Below are positions 57,555 to 64,000 of a DNA stretch of 64,000 nucleotides, one piece after another; position 1 is the first letter of the stretch; each line of letters starts with the position of its first letter. The translations under genes were made by a program, and so were the position numbers. This DNA comes from Escherichia coli (GTDB taxonomy: Bacteria; Pseudomonadota; Gammaproteobacteria; Enterobacterales; Enterobacteriaceae), in NCBI RefSeq assembly GCF_003790525.1, contig NZ_CP033635.1; one strand, given 5' to 3'. The notes beneath the pieces were generated by a model, which did no database searches, was not told where the DNA came from, and saw only the letters and a program-made list of their open reading frames with translations.

Positions 57555-57578
57555 TTACATACATTTGTGAATGTATGT
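57555..57578. promoter_or_regulatory. AcrR operator (24-bp palindrome) in the acrR-acrA divergent promoter region
   Basis: TACATACATTTGTGAATGTATGTA read directly. Confidence 0.85.
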
Positions 57579-57668
57579 ACCATAGCACGACGATAATATA
57601 AACGCAGCAATGGGTTTATTAACTTTTGACCATTGACCAATTTGAAATCGGACACTCGAGGTTTACAT

Positions 57669-58862
57669 ATGAACAAAAACAGAGGGTTTACGCCTCTGGC
57701 GGTCGTTCTGATGCTCTCAGGCAGCTTAGCCCTAACAGGATGTGACGACAAACAGGCCCAACAAGGTGGCCAGCAGATGCCCGCCGTTGGCGTAGTAACA
57801 GTCAAAACTGAACCTCTGCAGATCACAACCGAGCTTCCGGGTCGCACCAGTGCCTACCGGATCGCAGAAGTTCGTCCTCAAGTTAGCGGGATTATCCTGA
57901 AGCGTAATTTCAAAGAAGGTAGCGACATCGAAGCAGGTGTCTCTCTCTATCAGATTGATCCTGCGACCTATCAGGCGGCATACGACAGTGCGAAAGGTGA
58001 TCTGGCGAAAGCCCAGGCTGCAGCCAATATCGCGCAATTGACGGTGAATCGTTATCAGAAATTGCTCGGTACTCAGTACATCAGTAAGCAAGAGTACGAT
58101 CAGGCTCTGGCTGATGCGCAACAGGCGAATGCTGCGGTCACTGCGGCGAAAGCTGCCGTTGAAACTGCGCGGATCAATCTGGCTTACACCAAAGTCACCT
58201 CGCCGATTAGCGGTCGCATTGGTAAGTCGAACGTGACAGAAGGCGCATTGGTACAGAACGGTCAGGCGACTGCGCTGGCAACCGTGCAGCAACTTGATCC
58301 GATCTACGTTGATGTGACCCAGTCCAGCAACGACTTCCTGCGCCTGAAACAGGAACTGGCAAATGGCACGCTGAAACAAGAGAACGGCAAAGCCAAAGTG
58401 TCGCTGATCACCAGTGACGGCATTAAGTTCCCGCAGGACGGTACGCTGGAATTCTCTGACGTTACCGTTGATCAGACCACCGGGTCTATCACCCTACGCG
58501 CTATCTTCCCGAACCCGGATCACACTCTGCTGCCGGGTATGTTCGTACGTGCGCGTCTGGAAGAAGGGCTTAATCCAAACGCTATTTTAGTCCCGCAACA
58601 GGGCGTAACCCGTACGCCGCGTGGCGATGCCACCGTACTGGTGGTTGGCGCGGATGACAAAGTGGAAACCCGTCCGATCGTTGCAAGCCAGGCTATCGGC
58701 GATAAGTGGCTGGTGACAGAAGGTCTGAAAGCAGGCGATCGCGTAGTAATAAGTGGGCTGCAGAAAGTGCGTCCTGGTGTCCAGGTAAAAGCACAAGAAG
58801 TTACCGCTGATAATAACCAGCAAGCCGCAAGCGGTGCTCAGCCTGAACAGTCCAAGTCTTAA
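57669..58862 (+). CDS. acrA: Multidrug efflux periplasmic adaptor (membrane fusion lipoprotein)
   Basis: ORF track 57633..58862; start placed at MNKNRGFTPLAVVLMLSGSLALTGC (lipobox), ~397 aa. Confidence 0.95.
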   Translation: MNKNRGFTPLAVVLMLSGSLALTGCDDKQAQQGGQQMPAVGVVTVKTEPLQITTELPGRTSAYRIAEVRPQVSGIILKRNFKEGSDIEAGVSLYQIDPATYQAAYDSAKGDLAKAQAAANIAQLTVNRYQKLLGTQYISKQEYDQALADAQQANAAVTAAKAAVETARINLAYTKVTSPISGRIGKSNVTEGALVQNGQATALATVQQLDPIYVDVTQSSNDFLRLKQELANGTLKQENGKAKVSLITSDGIKFPQDGTLEFSDVTVDQTTGSITLRAIFPNPDHTLLPGMFVRARLEEGLNPNAILVPQQGVTRTPRGDATVLVVGADDKVETRPIVASQAIGDKWLVTEGLKAGDRVVISGLQKVRPGVQVKAQEVTADNNQQAASGAQPEQSKS

Positions 58863-58881
58863 CTTAAACAGGAGCCGTTAA

Positions 58882-62034
<3,153 letters not shown>

Positions 62035-62052
62035 TACAACGTGTAATCACTA

Positions 62053-62076
62053 AGGCCGCGCAAGCGGCCTTTTTTA
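62053..62076 (+). terminator. Rho-independent terminator of acrAB
   Basis: GGCCGC-GCAA-GCGGCC hairpin followed by T6. Confidence 0.7.
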
Positions 62077-62579
62077 TGCATAACCTACGAACATTAAGGA
62101 GTCATTGAACCACCAACTCAGGATCTCATACGAAAACCAGTATTAAACACGTATAAAATTCATAAAAAATACTGATTGTTAGTTAATTTATATTAAGTAG
62201 CGCTAATAGATTTAATAATCCATAATCATTTAGAGGCTATTCTTAATTATTTGCGGTAATTCTTTATTCATTCCTCGGTTATTACGTCATATTCAGAGCA
62301 ATCCTGGTATTAGTGTTACCAATTTCATCTGGCGATAATCCTGAAATGTTATGAACAGTTCGAGCAAACTGCTTTTACCTGCTGCGGGTTAGTGCTAGTA
62401 TGAAAAAGTAAGTCCTGTCCCGCTTCCTTCCTAATTGTAATTTTTCGTAATAATGCGATGAAAACCTGCAAAGAGTGGCTTATAGTTAAGCTAACAAACG
62501 AGAGGGCAAGTCCAGGTCAGTAAGTTTTTTCCATCCCGAAAGGTGTCCGTTAGTTCAACCGCTAAGAAGGGGACGAGTT

Positions 62580-62954
62580 ATGGATGAATACTCACCCAAA
62601 AGACATGATATCGCACAGCTTAAGTTTCTCTGTGAAACCCTGTATCATGACTGTCTTGCAAACCTTGAAGAAAGCAATCATGGCTGGGTTAACGACCCAA
62701 CCTCGGCGATCAACCTCCAGTTGAATGAACTGATTGAGCATATTGCGACTTTCGCACTTAATTACAAAATTAAGTATAATGAAGACAATAAGCTCATTGA
62801 GCAGATCGACGAATATCTGGATGACACCTTTATGTTGTTCAGCAGTTATGGTATTAATATGCAGGATCTCCAAAAATGGCGGAAGTCAGGTAATCGACTA
62901 TTCCGTTGTTTTGTCAATGCGACGAAAGAGAATCCTGCGAGTTTATCTTGTTAG
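62580..62954 (+). CDS. tomB: Hha toxicity modulator TomB (YbaJ)
   Basis: ORF track, 124 aa; recognised TomB. Confidence 0.9.
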
Positions 62955-62979
62955 AATTATTACAACCATGGGTAGAAGT

Positions 62980-63198
62980 ATGTCCGAAAAACCTTTAACG
63001 AAAACCGATTATTTAATGCGTTTACGTCGTTGCCAGACAATTGACACGCTGGAGCGTGTTATCGAGAAAAATAAATACGAATTATCAGATAATGAACTGG
63101 CGGTATTTTACTCAGCCGCAGATCACCGCCTCGCCGAATTGACTATGAATAAACTGTACGACAAGATCCCTTCCTCAGTATGGAAATTTATTCGCTAA
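62980..63198 (+). CDS. hha: Haemolysin expression-modulating protein Hha (H-NS co-regulator)
   Basis: In-frame within track ORF 62734..63198; start placed at [20 protein letters not shown] (72 aa). Confidence 0.92.
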
Positions 63199-63369
63199 TA
63201 AATAATTGGCTTTCGGAGCTATAACCAGCTGTTTATTAAGAATTTTATACTTTATCGCCATGAAGGCATACCCTATGTGATCTTCATCACACAGACGTAA
63301 TGGGAACGTTCTCTTCACTGACTTTTCGTCTTACTGTGTTGCCGCATTTTCAGCAACCGGAGGTCAGTA

Positions 63370-63921
63370 ATGAGCACAGAAAAAGAAAAGATGATTGCTG
63401 GTGAGTTGTATCGCTCGGCAGATGAGACGTTATCTCGCGATCGCCTGCGCGCTCGTCAGCTTATTCACCGATACAATCATTCCCTGGCGGAAGAGCACAC
63501 ATTACGCCAGCAAATTCTCGCTGATTTATTCGGTCAGGTGACAGAGGCTTATATTGAGCCAACGTTTCGCTGTGATTATGGCTATAACATTTTTCTCGGC
63601 AATAATTTTTTCGCCAACTTCGATTGCGTGATGCTTGATGTCTGCCCTATTCGCATCGGTGATAACTGTATGTTGGCACCAGGCGTTCATATCTACACGG
63701 CAACACATCCCATCGACCCTGTAGCACGTAATAGCGGTGCTGAACTGGGGAAACCCGTCACCATCGGTAATAACGTCTGGATTGGCGGACGCGCGATCAT
63801 TAACCCTGGTGTGACCATTGGTGATAACGTCGTGGTAGCCTCAGGTGCAGTTGTCACAAAAGATGTCCCGGACAACGTTGTCGTGGGCGGTAATCCAGCC
63901 AGAATAATTAAAAAATTGTAA
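63370..63921 (+). CDS. maa: Maltose O-acetyltransferase (hexapeptide-repeat)
   Basis: ORF track, 183 aa; recognised Maa. Confidence 0.9.
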   Translation: MSTEKEKMIAGELYRSADETLSRDRLRARQLIHRYNHSLAEEHTLRQQILADLFGQVTEAYIEPTFRCDYGYNIFLGNNFFANFDCVMLDVCPIRIGDNCMLAPGVHIYTATHPIDPVARNSGAELGKPVTIGNNVWIGGRAIINPGVTIGDNVVVASGAVVTKDVPDNVVVGGNPARIIKKL

Positions 63922-64000
63922 CCAGTTTTTCGCAACTGTTATGCAAAATCGTGGCAAATCTGTTACTTTCCCTCTACTATTCCCACGTTAAAATAGGGTG

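Noticed and set aside
57308-57847. 179-aa minus-strand ORF spanning the acrR-acrA promoter region and the acrA 5' end
   Set aside because: It overlaps the AcrR operator, the acrR N-terminus frame and the acrA start; it is an artefact of the open frame.

Overview
This window reads as an Escherichia coli / Shigella chromosomal segment, in reverse orientation to the usual K-12 map, running from fdrA (partial) through the allantoin-utilisation cluster to acrRAB, tomB-hha and maa. All identifications rest on recognising the translated ORFs and a few well-known DNA motifs from memory; no database search or computation was run, and coordinates of non-coding features are approximate to a few nt. Gene order: fdrA', allD-allC-allE, glxK, ybbY::IS1, allB, ybbW, glxR, hyi, gcl, allR, allA, allS, selU, ybbP-ybbA, tesA, ybbO, cnoX, fetB-fetA, qmcA-ybbJ, a ~2.4 kb accessory insert, cueR, ybaT, glsA, copA, ybaP, chiX sRNA, ybaK, ushA, fsr, ybaL, gsk, aes, hemH, adk, htpG, recR, ybaB, dnaX, apt, ybaN, priC, ybaM, mscK, acrR, acrA, acrB, tomB, hha, maa. 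Most of this is conserved core genome. The most interesting region is the insert between ybbJ and cueR (about 27046-29484): a four-gene, visibly AT-rich module encoding a miniature YadA-like trimeric autotransporter, a translationally coupled lipoprotein plus micro-membrane protein, and a divergent small protein. Other strain-specific points are an intact IS1 with a perfect 9-bp target duplication splitting the permease gene ybbY, and apparent empty sites where I recall K-12 carrying the RhsD element and ybaQ. Six REP/BIME clusters punctuate the intergenic regions. No CRISPR array, tRNA, rRNA or prophage was seen.
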